A stretch of DNA of 63,963 nt, counting the filler, from Folioceros fuciformis (lineage: Eukaryota), in NCBI GenBank assembly GCA_049999805.1. It is 9 parts of 9 records of this genome, joined end to end, with 100 filler letters (N's around TTAATTAATTAA, not from the genome) between each part and the next. Parts side by side here need not be neighbours in the genome. Positions count along the whole stretch, not along the records: positions 62,818 to 63,963 come from JBNGIO010004270.1; 8 more parts are not named here. The stretch is one strand, 5' to 3'. Positions 62,818-63,963 of the stretch are shown piece by piece (the first letter of the stretch is position 1; each line of letters opens with the position of its first letter). The notes beneath the pieces were generated by a model. That model was given only the letters and a program-made list of their open reading frames with translations. It was not told the DNA's origin and did no database searches. The position numbers and the translations under genes were made by a program.

Positions 62818-63963
62818 GTCACCCACTACGGAAACAGCAGTGCCGATTAGCTTCAAAAAACGGGACCGTTTAGTATACGATCGTGTCCATATTGATATTT
62901 CATAGTAAAGGCTAAGGTTACTAGGAAAAAACAACTTCATATAAGGATTGTGTGTGAGGAACATTATCTGTGTACCTGTGGGAGAATACTGTCTCTATCA
63001 TACCTATTGGAGTGTGTGTAAAGAAAAATATGATATATAATATTTTTATTTCATATATATATAGATATATATAACTTGCATTTTAGATATCCATGCATTG
63101 GCGACTAAGGACAAGATTGCCCTACAATTCAAAGACCAAAGAGACAAGAGAACCTTGTTTTGCCCTTGTCTCTTGTTTCTTGTTCTTGAGCTCTTGTTTA
63201 TAATATTGAATTGAAATTGAACATATGGCAGAATTCAAAGCAATGAAGTAAGCAAACTGCAAGGAGCTCACAAGAAAAAATGTCTGTAGCAACACTTTTT
63301 TTGAGCTAGAGAATGTCTAAGTAAGAAATTGAGCTCGTATAATATGTTATATATGCAAATCCACAGATTTGCATATACAACATATNNNNNNNNNNGTCAC
63401 CCACTACGGAAACAGCAGTGCCGATTAGCTTCAAAAAACGGGACCGTTTAGTATACGATCGTGTCCATATTGATATTTCATAGTAAAGGCTAAGGTTACT
63501 AGGAAAAAACAACTTCATATAAGGATTGTGTGTGAGGAACATTATCTGTGTACCTGTGGGAGAATACTGTCTCTATCATACCTATTGGAGTGTGTGTAAA
63601 GAAAAATATGATATATAATATTTTTATTTCATATATATATAGATATATATAACTTGCATTTTAGATATCCATGCATTGGCGACTAAGGACAAGATTGCCC
63701 TACAATTCAAAGACCAAAGAGACAAGAGAACCTTGTTTTGCCCTTGTCTCTTGTTTCTTGTTCTTGAGCTCTTGTTTATAATATTGAATTGAAATTGAAC
63801 ATATGGCAGAATTCAAAGCAATGAAGTAAGCAAACTGCAAGGAGCTCACAAGAAAAAATGTCTGTAGCAACACTTTTTTTGAGCTAGAGAATGTCTAAGT
63901 AAGAAATTGAGCTCGTATAATATGTTATATATGCAAATCCACAGATTTGCATATACAACATAT
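62818..63963. repeat. 568-bp contig duplicated around a 10-N gap
   Basis: 62818-63385 and 63396-63963 look identical by eye. Confidence 0.92.

Noticed and set aside
61030-63963. Exact 839-bp and 568-bp duplications as paired LTRs
   Set aside because: Each is a whole contig repeated around a 10-N gap, typical of scaffolding of a collapsed repeat.

Overview
Eukaryotic draft-assembly sequence, most likely a non-seed land plant with flagellated sperm. Evidence: short GT-AG introns, TTTAGGG-type motifs, DNAAF5, allene oxide cyclase and a CAPE-like exon; a hornwort or other bryophyte is my inference. The window is not one locus: nine scaffolds are joined by 100-nt N/TTAATTAATTAA linkers, with further N gaps inside them. 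Recognisable genes are DNAAF5/HEATR2 head-to-head with an NADPH enone/quinone reductase, MIC60, an intact RNase III + dsRBD (RTL-like) gene, an unusual AOC, one exon of an ion-channel-type adenylyl cyclase (CAPE-like), and pseudogenes or fragments of KAE1/OSGEP, a RING-H2 protein and a P450. The rest is decayed Copia, Gypsy, L1 and CRE-like retroelements plus tandem repeats. The most novel signal is a tandem pair of tRNA-like genes (20247-20576, minus strand): a tRNA-Pro-related cloverleaf with compensatory changes, and different 48 and 54 nt inserts in the anticodon loop, each pairing with its own anticodon. Second is a gag-bearing element whose small upstream ORF is coupled by TGATG overlaps conserved in two diverged copies. 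All family calls come from motif recognition by eye; no searches were run.
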